A DNA stretch of 64,000 nt from Geosiphon pyriformis uo1 (GCA_016748015.1 JAAOMT010000494.1:1028241-1092240), one strand, 5' to 3'. Shown: positions 36,101-50,981, counted from the stretch's first letter. Numbers and translations: made by a program. Notes: generated by a model from the letters alone, not told the origin.

Positions 36101-39100
36101 ATAAGCTAAAAAATTGGTTAAATAATATGATATTTCGATAATATGTTGCTCAACCAACGTTTAAGGCTAATTAAAAATTCACTAATTGAGGATTGCCATA
36201 CAACATTGTTCCACAAAATAACATTTAAAGCTTTACCCGATATAATTTTTTCAAATTTATCAACGTTTTTCGTAATTCTGGATCGGGTATTGCTTCCTGC
36301 ATCTCAAACACCTTTTTCAAAAAATTCAAAACACTTTGCAGAACCTCCTGGAAGCCATGTTGTGGTTGTTTGACAAACAGGGAAAAACATGGTGGATGAG
36401 ATAGTCCAGGCGAAAAATTGAGTGATTTACTTTGATTTTTGAGCGGTAAAACCTATTTAAAGATATTTGAAGCATGTGCAAACACTTGAGAATTAATTTC
36501 CCTAGAAATCGTTTATTTTTAGCAGCAAAGATCTTTCTTTCAACAAGAAATAAATGGTCTAGTGTCAAAAACGTTCAATCAAAGAAGTTTCTATAAAACT
36601 AATTTCTTTGGCCTGAAAATAAACCCCTTTGGCCATCCTTATTTGGAAGAGGGCTTTGCTTTTGTCAACTGTTGTACCAGCTAGGCTATCTTGAAACTTA
36701 ACTTACAAACCCTCACAAAATTCTAACACAACCGCTTGTAACAAAACGAACACCCCAAAATAATTTAGGGTTAAATTTCCGTAACCACTTATTACTGTTA
36801 AAATAAGTGAAATAGTTACTTATTTTTCAAATAATTTATTTTTTTCTTAAATTTGTATTTTTTCCATTTTAATTTTTTTTAAGTATTTTACTGGTTAGTG
36901 TATTTTTTTATATTTTGTAAATATAAATAATTTAAACAAAAAAATAATAATTAAATTTTATTATTGTAAATTTATAAAACAAAATATTATTTATCAAGTT
37001 ATTTATGTTTTCACGTTTTATATTAAAAAAACCATTGTCATATTTTTTCAGAGTGGTTTTCATGTTTTTGTCAGGAAAAAGGAATCCTTGTTCCAAAGGA
37101 CATTCCTATGAAACTAGATAATCTAGGTGGAACGCTAGGCAATGATTAAAACGCCCTGCCAAAAATTGAAAAATGAATACCAACCAGGTTTTGTTTTTTT
37201 ATTGTGAAGATGAATTAGTTCCGCATATTCAATTCGGAACTTTGGCTATAATTGATTAGTCGCTCGTCTGCAAGGAAAAGCTCTACAATATACAAAGTAA
37301 GATCATATATATCGATGAGATCATACCATGAAGAGACCAAGAGTTCCCATGTTGCTTTGAAGAAAATTCAAGATTTCTGAATCTACCATCTTGACATGTG
37401 CCAGATGCACGGCTTTATCCCTCTTTACTATTATCAGAGATTACCATTCAACATTTGTTTCATGAACAGAAAGTAGTGAATGAAATTATAGCTACATTTG
37501 CTAATAAATTTGGATAAGACCGTACTCTTTTGATATGTCGAAAAAACCTTGTCTGTTCTCCAATACTCGCGGCAAATTGGACTTTAGACATTGTGAAAGT
37601 CTTCAAACGGGAAATCAAAATCTCAAGAGAAGTTATAGATTATGTACATGCGTTCCATAAATACAGAACGCAACCTCAATTATATCTTAGGGTAGCTCTT
37701 CATTAGTTATATAGACCATCCTCAGGTTCGATATCTGACTTGTTCGTCCGTGCCTCTCCTTCTGCTATCTTCTTTCAGCAGTTCTTCCAAATCCTTTTTT
37801 TTGTCTATGTTGCCTTGTTGGGGTCATTAAAATGATGTATTTCATGACAGGAACCTTTTGAAACTACTCTAATATCTTAGTAAGGGACATACTTTTTATG
37901 GTAAAATAAGGTCACTTCTGGAGTTGAGATTCAAAACACTCCATCGCATTGAATACCTCAACGATTCGAGATGGGATGTTGAACTCTATATTCTGATCGA
38001 TGACATGCGGTTGCTCTAATAAATCATTTAGAAGGTTTATTTTTATCCGAAGTTGAATAATATACGTCGTTCTGGATAATCATTGATTATTTCTGTGGGT
38101 GTCTCAGACCTTGAGACACACCGTCGCTTGAGTAAGATCTCAGTTATTCCTTGTATTATCTGGAACTGCTATCCAGCTTCCTGAGCTGTTATATAAAGAG
38201 TTCGACTTAATTAGAAAGTATAGATAACTGATAAATATCAATGACAATGTCACACTTACCTCTGCTTTTTGTTACATGAAATATACCAAATCTGCGAACT
38301 TTATTGATTTTGTTCTTAACACTAAAAATATGCCAAAAGAATGACAGTACGAATATCATGTCACCACGTCCAAAGATCTGGGCCGCAACCACGCAGCCAT
38401 CAGAAAAGAAGCACGCAGCCTCACTCTTTGTTGCGGGACTAGCACAAAGCCCCATTAAAATAACAGTTTCTCTCGCCCACTAGAATTACTTTAAACTAGT
38501 AAGATAGGATCCCCTTGGGCAGCGGTGAACTTTTATAACGATTAAAAAGTCAAAAAAACTCTGTTAGTGTCAAAAGTACTCTTTATCTTTAATGTCTTTA
38601 ACGTTGGGTGGCTTCTGCGATGTAAAGAAATCCTAAAGACGTCCCGAAAAGTCCCACTAGTTTGTGCATTGTCGCCACATTACTGGTGAGGCTAAAGACT
38701 CGTTGGGAAATGTTCTAGCTGCAATTTTGCATAAGAGCATTTAAAAAAAAACTCGCATCACCATTATGAATTTCAGGGTTTAAAATTTTAATTTAGTACT
38801 CCTAATAAAATGATCACAATTTTGACCCCAACAGCGTTAAAATTTTAACCCCTACAGTTTTTGTAAGTTAACACGGATTGAGAAAAGATCAACGTCAAAT
38901 CCTTCTTCATCGGATTTATTTGCTATACATTGGCGAAAGAAGTTTCACATACAAATATAAAAACGATGTATAAAAAATATTTGTTCAAAAATCCTGTTTT
39001 TTGGTCATGTTTATATTAAACTAATATACGTAGCTTTTAAATTAAATGATTATTTTGTAATTTGCCTTCCTCATATTATCTCATTATCTAAAGACTTTTC

Positions 39101-39172
39101 CATATATCGGAATACTTTTATCAAAACCACAAAAAGATTAAAAAAAACGTTTAATATCGAAGACATTTATAA

Positions 39173-41288
39173 ATGAGGGTAAAATCGAAACCAAAAACCC
39201 CGGAGCAAGTAGAGGAGAAAGATGTTTATTTCGAGGTGCGAGGATTTGACACTAACGGCGGGCTGCCGTCAAACCTGAAGCGTGGTTTAGAGGCAAGACA
39301 TTTAACCATGATATCTATCGGTGGAACTATCGGTGCGTCAAATTAAAGAGGCAGGAATTTTTAAATCGAAATGAGTGAACTCAATCAAAATTTATATTAT
39401 ACCTTCAGGGACTGGGTTATTTTTGGCTTCCGGCGGCGCTATTAGCAGTGGTGGTCCAGGTGGTGCCTTAGTCGCTTATATGATTGTTGGGTTTATGATT
39501 TATTTCATGATGGCGTCATTAGGAGAAATGGCAACTTATCTGCCAATCTCGGGTTCATTCAACACTTACGCAAAACGCTATGTTGATCCTGCACTAGGTT
39601 TCGCGCTTGGTTGGAATTATTGGGTATGCTAATAGGATCCGGAATGATGCATAATGCTTATTTCATGCACTTTTTTTTGTGCTACGATTTCAATTTCAAT
39701 TTCAATTTTGAATTGATCTGGTAAGTTAGTATTCCTGGTCAGTAACGGTTGCGGTAGAAATCACGGCCGGATCAATAGTAATACAATATTGGATTAGCAG
39801 CGTCCCCACATGGCTCTGGAGTATTCTCCTTCTACTAATAATGGTCAGTTTTAATTTCTTCTCGGTTCGTGGATACGGTGAAGCAGAGTACTGGTTTTCG
39901 ATGACAAAGGTATTTCGATTTTATAGCTTTCAATTACAACCATGTTTTTTTTGGAAAATAACCTTCAAATTGTATAATATTTTTCAGATAGTTACTGTCA
40001 TAATATTTATTGTGATCGCCTTCTTGTTGGATCTTGGAGTTATCGGTGATCCGCCGGAACGAATTGGTGGCTCTATTTATAATCGTGAAACGTTTCATCA
40101 TGGCTTTATTGGTTTGTTTTCTGTGTTTTTGTCAGCTGGGTTCTCTTTTCAAGGCACAGAACTTGTTGGTATTGCTGCTGGTGAATCATCAAATCCTCGC
40201 AAGGTAAATATTAGACTTTCGCAAGGATTTTCAATAAATACTAATAATAATCTAATATCTACAACTATTTTAGCATGTCCCAAAAGCTATTCGTCAAGTA
40301 TTCTGGCGAATCTTATTGTTTTACGTCTTGGCTATATTTGCAATTGGCTTATTGATACCTTATGATGACCCCAACCTACTTAACAACTCGGCCAACGCTG
40401 CTATGAGTCCTTTCACGTTGGTTTTCCAGAAAACAGGGCTCAAAGCAGCTCCACATCTTATGAATGCTGTTATTATGATTACAGGTAAATTCAATATTTG
40501 TTTTATAGTTTATTTCTTAAGCGACAAATAATCAATGTGCCTATTGAATAAAACACTTTCGCCGAATTCATAGTTTTATCCGCTGGAAATTCAGGGCTTT
40601 ATGCGTCATCTCGTGTTCTCTATAATCTAGCATTGGAGGGATTTGCGCCGCGAGTTTTCACTAACACAAGTAACAATGGAGTACCGATTCCTGCACTATT
40701 AGCCACAGCTAGTGTTGGATGTCTCGCTTTCCTAATGTCACTATTTGGGGATGGTAGAGTTTATACGTGGTTACTTAATTTATCTGGTGTATCTGGCTTT
40801 ATTACTTGGGCTGGGATTAGTTTTACACACTGGCGGTTCAGAAGGGCTTATGTAGCTCAGGTATTTCTTAAATTTTTATCTAATTATATACATACGCTTA
40901 TATTAAGCTCATTTCATAATATCAGGGACGTCCAATGTCAGAGCTTCATTATCGTGCAAGCTGCTATCCATTCGGTCCAATCTTTGCATTGGTATTGATC
41001 ATTATAGTAATCGCAGGTCAAGGTTACACTTCAGCCTACGTTCATGGTCATTTCGATATCCAATTATCTGCCATTATCGCAGCATATATCGGTGCTCCAG
41101 CGTTCTTGATTCTTTACCTCTCTTTCAAATTCTTCAAAAAAACAAAGATTGTGCCGTTGTTAGAGTGTGATTTCGATACAGATCGACGCGTGTATGATCC
41201 TGAAATCGATGCTGCTTTTGATCGTTCAGATGAGAAAAAGGTTTCTGGAAATTTGATTTGGAGAGGGGTTAAGTCAGTTTTATATTAA
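39173..41288 (+). CDS. Amino-acid permease (APC superfamily, YAT/LysP-like), 7 exons
   Basis: MRVKSK...LKRGLEARHLTMISIGGTIG|TGLFLASG, SLGEMATYLP, GWNYW, VRGYGEAEYWFS, FSFQGTELVGIAAGES, SAGNSGLYASSR, HWRFRRAY. Six short GT-AG introns (first 39333-39408); stop at 41288. Confidence 0.95.
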
Positions 41289-44200
41289 TTAAAACAAAAG
41301 GAGCAGAAGAGTTACAAAAAACTTTACAAACCATTTAATAGATATAAAACATCTTGAACCTTTCCTTGACTCACAATTTAAGTGATTTTTGAACAATTCA
41401 ATTTTAACGATGTAACCAATCGGGATCTCACGTTCTTTTGCTCTATTTTCCCTTGAAATTTTCTGTTAACCTTTAAATTTCGGTGCCTAAAACTATAGAT
41501 GAGTCAATTTCGGTTTTTTTGTAATTTTTATTATTCCTTTATGTTGTATAATAATTGAATTAGTGTGTTTAATCAGAAAGGATAAATTCTCAGGCTTGAT
41601 AGAAGGTTTCGAATCTAATTCATATGCTGCCCTTTGAGACGAGAATGCTTCGAGTCAAATCTCCAAACACTTGAATTTTATGTTTATTTTAAGGAGTGCA
41701 AACTTGAATATTTCTATTGCGCCTTTATTCATGATGTAATCGACAAGAAATGATAAATGCGATCCCTCGTATTTTGTGTTGAATCATCGGATACATTTTT
41801 AGGATTTTATGAAATATTCTACAGAAAACTTAAAAAGCCATTCAAAGTCTAAAAAGTCGGTGAAAAGTTTTCAAAATTAACCAGGAAAATATGTTTGTCC
41901 TTTGAAATTGAATGTTTCCAAATTTGAACACAAAGGCGATTATTTATGAATTTAATGGTTTGATCATAAAAATTTATAGTTTTATATATTATTTCTTGCA
42001 TGATCTAAAGAGAGCAATCAATGTTTTTTCTGAAGTGAATCTGACAAATTTTTATTACAATGAATACAAGTTTATTACGCAAATACATGTATATATATCT
42101 ATTAAAATACAATAAATAGAGAGTCAATAAAAAAGTCACCATTTATTCCAAAAGATATAAATTTTATTCAAGTCAAAAATTCAGTGAAAAATTTAATTTC
42201 CTAAGTTGTACTTTCGAATAATTTATCACGAAAAAAGATATTTCAAAAATTCCCAAATGGTAAACCATTTTTAGAGATTTACAGTATTTGGATTTTCTTA
42301 GTATATAACAAATGATCATATTTAATACTTATTTAATTGTATAAGACAATACTTTTCACGTCTTGGATGCTTTATTAAAAATAGTTTTTCAAGGTAGTGA
42401 GAAATATCAAAACTTGAGATACAATTTTTTATTTTTATCTAAAAAACTAGCAAAATGATTTTGAATATACAAAATCTAAAATGACTTCGTAAATAAACAA
42501 GTAATATAAAAATTGAATTAAATTTTCCCAACTCAAATTGGATATTAAAGATGGAAGATTGCTTCAAAAAAACTGAATAGTTTGATACCGTGAGTTGGAG
42601 CGATTTACTGAAAAATTATTTATACAACAACGTGACAGATTATTTGAGGCTAAGTATCGTGTTTTGAGATTGTTACGTCCAGGGAGGGGATTGATAAAAT
42701 CCTTGTATTTATCTTTCAGATGTAAACAATTTTTTTAATTAGTAAGCCGAGATATGAACTTTTTGCAAGAGGCCTCTAAAGTGAGAAACGAGTTCATAAT
42801 AAAAGCGTAGGATCCAATATTTTTGCGCTCTACATTGTTATTTTATTCCTTTTAAAAAGATTGTCCAAGATATGTTGAATTAATTTTTGCACAAGTCACT
42901 TTTCTTTTGCTCATAATAAAACTTCCCTGTAAAATTGGAAATTTCTTGTTCTCACAACATTATATGAACTATCTGCTTAAGAACAATTACATGTAATAGC
43001 CGAATCTCAAACAATTATTTCATGATATTTACGCGTGAAACTGCCCGCATCAAATCAAAATATTGACGGATTGATCTTTCCTCAAAAGGTGACAATCTTT
43101 GTTGGGAATTTCTTTGTTTGAGTGGTATTAGTTTTGCATTTAATCCTATCAATTAAGTTCACTAAGTGGAACAAAGAATTCAATTTTTTAAGTCGGTTAA
43201 TAATATTTTTTAAAGATCGAACGGTACACAATACCAAGTCATAAAATTGAGATTTCTTTGACTCAAAATACCTAAGTGAAAAATCCAGACCATTTTTCAC
43301 ACTGTCATTGTAGCTTAAAAAAAATTGCTTTAAGCTTTTGTTTTTCGGTCAATTTGTATCATAATTATAAAAAATAAGTTTTTGTTTATAATCATTTTAT
43401 AAATTTCTTTTTCTTTTTTGTTATAAAATGGTTTGAATTATTTTTTAAAGTAAGATTTTTCAATCTAATTAAATTTATTAAGATTTACTTTAGAGTATTA
43501 AAGCTTAGATCTTATTAATTATTATAAATTATTATATCATTCAAAGTTAGTTTTCAAGATTGAAAATTATTTTGAAAAATCATTTGCACTATCTTCAAAA
43601 TAATTCAAAACACATTTAAAAATCAAAGAATTATAAACAACTTAAGGAATTCATTTATTTATTTATTTTTGTTAATAAAAATTCAAAATTCAAAATTATC
43701 TTAAATTTTAAGTTCTTTTTATTCATTTTAAAATTATAAATTTTTTCATAAAAACTCTATTTAATCTTTTAACAAAAATTGGCAAAAAGCTTTAGAGTAA
43801 CATTTATAAAATTCAATTTAATGTGACCAAACAGCCTAATAGCATAAAAACCAAAAAATGTGTTAAATTGATGCTTTCATGCTAAACAAACTGTTAAAAT
43901 ATTTTGAAAATTCCATAAAAAAGATTTTGAATTGACTTGATGAGTTTTCCGTGATTTTCTGCTTAAATTGAAATTCATGAGGTTGTTTCTTGTGTATGTA
44001 TATTTACTTTCCGCAAATTTAAAAATGCCAAAAAAAATCTTTGTTCTATGAAATATTTTATCATAGCTAGTTTATTAGATCCTTGGGTTTACTTTTGCAA
44101 AAGAAAAAAAGATTCTGGGTTTTTATCAAATTTTCCCCCAACCATTCTTTCTACAAACGGACCAACTTTTTTCAAGCTTTCTTGTCAAACCAAAATCTTC

Positions 44201-44559
44201 TAAAAGGTGGGCACACTCTGTTCAATGATTGTTTCTTGGGCCATTTTATAATGATTTGCAAATGGGATATGATTCAATTTGAGAAATCGAGGAATCTCGT
44301 TTTTGAAAAGGCTGCATGAGATATATTTTAAATATTAGCATTCCTTATGGGAATGATTTTGTTTGAATAACGATCAACTCAGATGTAGTTTCTTCTTTAA
44401 TATTAACTTTTCGCTATCGATAAACCGTGATTGATATATGCATTTAATGAGTTATTTTAACGTCTCGGCAGAAATTTGCTACAATTTGTTCTCATAATAG
44501 AAGAAATTTTTTTGCGTAAATATTTTCATGATAGCCATGTTATCCCTTCGTAAATTTGC

Positions 44560-44885
44560 CGCGAAATCGACGTGTTTTAAATTCAATCGAGAAAATGAAT
44601 GTGGTAAGTCTTTTTTTGCTTGGTTATGGAGATATTTGATATAGCTAAGGACACGATTTCCAACAAATTTGAGACCACTTTTTTCGTACATTTCCACAAA
44701 ACTCAAATTGGTTCAACGTAATGAAATTGGAATTTTGGTTTAACTTCTCAGGAGAAAATCATTGGTTCAAAAGATAAACACATTTTCTATGATATAATAA
44801 TTTAAATTCCAAATTTTTCTGCTTTGGCTTTCGATTCACCAGGTTAGATACCTCGAACGGTGGGATGATGATAGTGTCGAACTCG
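44560..44885 (-). pseudogene. Possible HMG-box (MATA_HMG-like) gene relic
   Basis: IIIPPFEVSNLVNRKPKQKN...HRKCVY, then LNQFEFCGNVRKKWSQ, then a frameshift to NRVLSYIKYLHNQAKKD. This resembles HMG helices 1-3, with a stop and frameshifts. Pattern match by eye only. Confidence 0.3.
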
Positions 44886-47251
44886 CAAATAAAAAATGCA
44901 ATTATCTTTCTGTGAATTTCATTTTGCAAAAACGAACAATGGGTCCAATATTATGTTTTCTCTACAGGAAGAATGGTGTACGAATGCCAGAATGTTGGAA
45001 ACTAATTTTGCAGAGCTGTTTTTGCACTTCATATACTAGGAATATGCTCATTCATTAATTAAATGTGAATAAGTAAGTTTGCCATTTATTATTTTTGTGC
45101 TTCTTTTTAAAGTAGAAAATCCAAAGCACATTTTTATCATTGATTAATTAAATAAATAATCTTAACTTATAATGATATGTATAAGTATATACTGATCAAA
45201 TAAAAAAAAATTAAAATTGACCTTTGTTGATTTATATTATGCTTAATGATTTTGTCTCTGATGAATAATATTTTATTAGTAACTTTGCCAATAATGTTAG
45301 CAGGTGTTATTTCATCTATGTTCCAAAATAACATGTTAAAACCAACAAAGATTTGTAAAAACTTGAATTTATTTTATATTGAAGTCTTTAAATTTTAATA
45401 TAATATAAGAATAATGATTAATTAAGAATATTTTAATATTTGTAATAAACTGTTGTTGCATTTTTTGGCACTTTATTGATGGAAAGAAACTTTTTTGCAT
45501 ATTACAAATATATTTTGACTTATTAAAAAGAACCACAAGTTTTATAAAATGAAAAGAAAATACATGTAAAAAGAGATTAATAGAAATGATGATAAGGAAT
45601 AATAACAATATCTAAAACAGCATTATGGCTTAATTGTTTCAATAAAGTTTTAGGCCAAAGTTGGTATTGCTAATAAGTTTGTATATCAGAAATTGGATGA
45701 AAAAAGTTTTTTTTTGTTGCTTGAAATCTTTTTTTGCTTTGTTCTGGAAATTTATTTTCGTGATTTTGAACCTGATAGTATTTTTATTAAATAGGCATTT
45801 TTAAGCAAAAAATTGCATCAACAATAGAAATCCACCATTAAATTAAGTTTATTTTTCTTTTTAAATGAAAACCATGTAAGATTAACCAAATTATTTTTGG
45901 AGAATACTTCGTAAGTGATAAATCATGATTTCAGGCGAAAATTTTCCAAAGACGAAAGAAATCTCAGAACGCATCAAGACCAAAAATAAATTTTTTAAGG
46001 GAACATTTTCAGACAGAATATTAATATTTAACAATCATCATTTAAAAAATGTTTAAAGCCTTCTTTCTAATTTTCTTTTATTTTTGTTTCCATTTTCCTT
46101 AGTGGCTCTTTTGTTTTTTCTTAAAATTTTTTAACTAGTTTTTTCCTTCTCTTATTTAAAGAATGTGACTGTGTTAGCACTTATATTGGGATATCCCAAG
46201 TTGATTTCATAAGTTCATAACCTAATTTAAGAAGAAAATATTTTTAATCATTCAAACAAAATTAAAAGAACTAAAATGATAAACATAAGCCAAAAATAAA
46301 TAAAAAAGTTATGGGCTGCAATAGACTGATAGGAATGATTGTGATAACAACTACACACCATCACGCTGAAAAGGTTCCTACCAAAATGAATTAAAGGTCT
46401 ACATGCGCGAAGATAAAACCTCCCATCAGTGCCAAAATCCCATTATTATGAAAAGAATCAACATTATGTTTCTTTTCATTTTGTTCGGATGATTAAAAAT
46501 ATCATATTCTCTCAATTAGACTTATAAAAAATAAAATTATGTACGAAGACGCCGCGCGAGGTGATGTACAATATAATAATTTGTGTGGGCATGGAACCTA
46601 TGAAAAATGGCTATTTTACCCTAATAATATGTTCTTGTAGGTAAGATGATAAATATAAATTCTTATCTTACTCTGGATATTCTGCCATTGAAGTGGGACA
46701 GCATACTCTAAAATCTTATTCCTTGAATGGGGTGTGCATCAATGATTGTCGATTCACAGGGCAATGCTTCGTTTGATTGGGGAATTTCTTTAGCTATTAA
46801 GGAGACAAAATATAAATCTTCAATTGTTTTTGATCAAAAACCGTTAATTATTATGACGTATCAGCTTCATCATCATTAAAACTATGTTTCTCACACCTCA
46901 GGGGATGAAAAATTAAATTTATGGTCCATTGTTAGAAAAAGATGTCAAAATTCCAAAAGTAGCAATGCATACTGCAATTATGATATTTAAAACTTGTGTT
47001 CGATCGTGTTGATTGTAAGTTGAAACACTACGGAAATTATTTTATTCTCAGATAGGTGGCAAAAGATAGATCTGCGTCAATTATACATCAAATTTACTAG
47101 GTTACTTAATTACTAGCTTTCCATATAAAAAAGGTTAACAATGATTGAAAACCCTGATTCTTTTCCAATTATTACAAGGTGTCCAGACAGAAAGTAACCA
47201 GTAACCGACCTTTTCTCTAAAAATTTTTTGTCAATTAAAGTCAATTTCAAT

Positions 47252-50200
47252 ATGAATACAAGCGGGATAAAAAGAAAATTGGAAGAAGTCGAGTCGCCAG
47301 AAGAGTCAGCTAAACCACACATGTATTCGTCATCTGAAGAAGAGCGTGTCCCTTTCGCAAAAATTCGACGAGCGACTATTCACAATGATTCTGTATCGGA
47401 AGCTTTATCGGCAAATCGAAATGAAATGGCTACCCCTAGTATGTAGAAACTTTCTTTTGATCTCGTGTATTTTTGGAATATCAAATTTCGAATTAATGAA
47501 ATTAAATTTGTTTTAGATTTGTCTCGTGTATTAGTACTGTATACGGGTGGAACAATTGGAATGAAAAATTACAGTCAGAATGGCTATATTCCAGTGTGCA
47601 TTTGAAATTTCTTTTATATTGAAATTCGGTAAAAAAATCAAATCAAATGACGCCATATATTTTTTTAAAGGTGAAAGATTACCTGACCCATACCCTTTCA
47701 CAAATGACCCGTTTTCATGATGTCAAGGGCCTTTCAAAATTCGGCCTGACATCTACTTTTGATGCACCACCACCACCACCACCACCAAACTCTGATTCAA
47801 TGGAGGACGCAGCTAGTTTTATGAATAAAGTCATTTTAAATGGGGAAGTTGAGATGATTCGAAGTTTAGTAACGCCTCCATCTCTATACGGAAAGCGAAT
47901 AAGGTATAGTTATAATTGAGGTTTAAACTGCCGATTTACTTAAAATTCTTGGCTCATTATATGCCTTTTAGCTATTCCATTGTTGAATACGATCCATTAT
48001 TAGATTCCTGTAATATGACGATGAAAGGTAGACGAATATATTATTTTACTTTTAAAGTTTTTTGCGCATGTTTTTATCTCTAAACAGTTTTAGCCTAATT
48101 TACAAAACTTAAATAGATTGGATAAGGATAGCCACTGATATTGAGGCCAATTATCAAATCTATGACGCTTTTATTATATTACATGGTGGGTTTTATTGTC
48201 AAGTGAATGCAATAATTTTTCACTTCATGAATTCTAATTCGCCTATTTTCTATTCACAAAGGTACTGATACTATGGCGTATACCGCCAGTGCCCTGAGCT
48301 TTATTTTGGAGAATTTAGGGTATAAATATAAATAACTATTTGAGGTTCTTTTTTAAGCTGTCATCTTAATTTTTTGCTTCTTCTTGGTTTCGCGCAGAAA
48401 AACTGTAATTCTCACCGGTTCCCAGGTACGAAAAATGTCAAAATTATAATAAAATTATAATAAAATTATCTTTTAACAAGAATCTGACTTATCATAATAT
48501 GTACCTGTCAGGTGCCCATATCCGAAGTGCGAAACGATGCAGTAGAAAATCTTTTGGGAGCTCTCACAATAGCAGGTCATTTTGTGATCCCTGAAGTTTG
48601 TTTATTTTTCAACAATAAGCTTTTCCGTGGAAACCGTGTTTCTAAAATAAATGCCGTTGATTTTGATGCATTTGATTCGCCAAACCTGAGACCCTTAGTA
48701 ACCGTGGGTATCAATATTGGTAGGTGTGAGTGAAATGTAACTTTTTAATGGTGACTACATTTTACCGCTCATACTTTTAATTGAATCAACTTTAGAGGTA
48801 AACTGGTCTGAGGTCATGCGTCCGTCTCATATTGCAAAATTTCGAGCTCATAAAATACTCAATCAAAATGTCGCCACCCTTCGACTTTTTCCTGGTATAA
48901 CCGAATCAACTGTTCGTGCCTTTCTTACACAACCTATAGAAGGGATCGTTTTGGAAACTTACGGTGCTGGGAATGCACCAGATGCCCGTCAGGATCTCAT
49001 GAACGCCTTTGCTGAGGCAAGTGAGCGAGGAATAGTTATTGTGAATTGCTCACAATGCAAAAGAGGCCTTGTCACGGATCTTTACGCAACTGGAAAAGCG
49101 TTGACAAAAATTGGAGTTATACCTGGGAGTGACATGACAGCTGAGGTGACTTTTATCTATCCTTGTCAATTGGACAGCATTGTTTTGTATGTTGAACATT
49201 TTTAGTGACCCAATTGAAACACTTGATAGTGCGCATTAGCCAAACTTTCTTATCTTCTAGGACGAAATCATACACCACAAGAAGTTCGTGAAGAGATGAC
49301 GAAAAATCTTCGGGGTGAATTGACAGTTGTCGAAACTAAACCAAGATTTACATTTCATCATAAATCTCACGCTTTAATTCAAAATATAATAAGTAAATAT
49401 ACCACGACAGTAAAATATACGCTTTTACTTTTCACTTCACTCTAACTAAAACCAAGGACTATTTCCAAACTAGCCGCGGCCGCATCAATGGCCGCTTCAG
49501 CGAATTCCCCAAACTCGGCACTTTCAATAAACCTGCAAGAGAAGTTATTGATGGAGAAGACATTGTATCCTATTTTACTGTGTTCAGCCGCTGGAACAAA
49601 TGACTTGGCCGGCTTAGAATTGCTATGGGAAACAATTGGTGAATCATTAATTCTAAATTGTGTAGATTATGATGGTAGAACTCCAATGGTAACTATATTT
49701 TAAGTAATTATTTCTTCCTTAAATTTGTTTACTAATTTGTTCACTTTTTAGCATATTGCATGTAATTCAGGTCATTATCGAATCGCCAAATTTTTGCTGG
49801 AGCGTGGTGCATCGGTGCATGTTAGGGATAGGTTTGGTCATACGCCCTTATTTGAAGCAGCCAGGAATAAAAATCGAAATATTATCGAGCTACTACGATC
49901 GGCTGGTGCTCATTTTAATGATTCCGAGACTGATCATGTTATTTTTCAGACATTTTTGTAAGTACCAGACATGTTTAGATTTGCTTTAATCAATAATGGA
50001 CTCATGAATCGAATATAATCCTAGAGCGGCCTCGACTGGGGATGTTGAATTATTGAGAAATTTTGCGATTGCTGGCTGGGACCTCAATCGTGTTGGGTTC
50101 GATCAACGAACGGCGCTACATCATGCGGTCGCTCAAGGACATTGTTCTATTGTGGCTTATCTACTTTCGTTACCGGAGATAAATCCGGAAACCAAAGATC

Positions 50201-50538
50201 GCTGGTCAAGAACGCCTCTAGATGACGCTGAAATTACTCTTGGCCGTGCCTGGGGTCGAGATAATCAGCGTGGAAACGATGTTCAAGATATTGTCAGTAT
50301 GTTGCGGAAAAAAATAGATGAGGGAAAGACAATTGATTACGAGAATGAAGACTTAAGACAATCTGATTCAGCAAGTCGACATGAAAATAGGAGTCAGGAT
50401 AGGAATAACAGTCCGTCTAATCCATTAGGATTACGCAAGTTTAAAGTAGTATCTGGTCTCAAAATTCTTAATGATGTGACTAGTGAATACAATATAGCAC
50501 ATGAAAATATCACAACTTACATGAGCAAAGCTAACTAA
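47252..50538 (+). CDS. Type I L-asparaginase with C-terminal ankyrin repeats (60-kDa lysophospholipase/ASPG-like), about 13 exons
   Basis: Catalytic motifs [12 protein letters not shown] and ILHG|[13 protein letters not shown], plus [28 protein letters not shown]. Ankyrin repeats [46 protein letters not shown] introns. Confidence 0.95.
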
Positions 50539-50981
50539 CAAGAGAGTTTACAGGATCTAGGGCACACTAATCAACCAAATTTATATTTGCTTTCTGTAGA
50601 AAATTTCTAAACTTGGAATAATTTACTTGATAATTTTTAATATAACATCTGATTTTAGCTTTGAATTTGGCCTAAATTTTGCTCCACAATTTGAAATGCC
50701 ATGAGACTTAACATTTGTTATCGAAAATGATTAATTACAAATGCTAAAAGAAAACCGAAAACTTGGATCCTGGATGATTGTCAATGAGTGAAGCAATTTT
50801 TGGGAAATAATAGGCCATTGTCTTGGCATTATACCTAATATGGTGTGAGGAATTTTTATTTGTATCATCTTGCTGGCCACAAAACTTCACTATCCTTATA
50901 TTGAATGTGATGATCAGTATTTATTTTGTTTCATTCGTCATTTCCCATCATCGTCAGTTAACTTTTGGTATTTTTTAAGAA

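Noticed and set aside
38099-38119. Hairpin GTGTCTCA-GACCT-TGAGACAC as terminator or MITE end
   Set aside because: A single 8-bp stem with no partner, TSD or U-tract; expected by chance.
39173-41288. Bacterial contamination or recent HGT of lysP
   Set aside because: Six spliceosomal introns and fungal gene context; similarity alone is not evidence of transfer.
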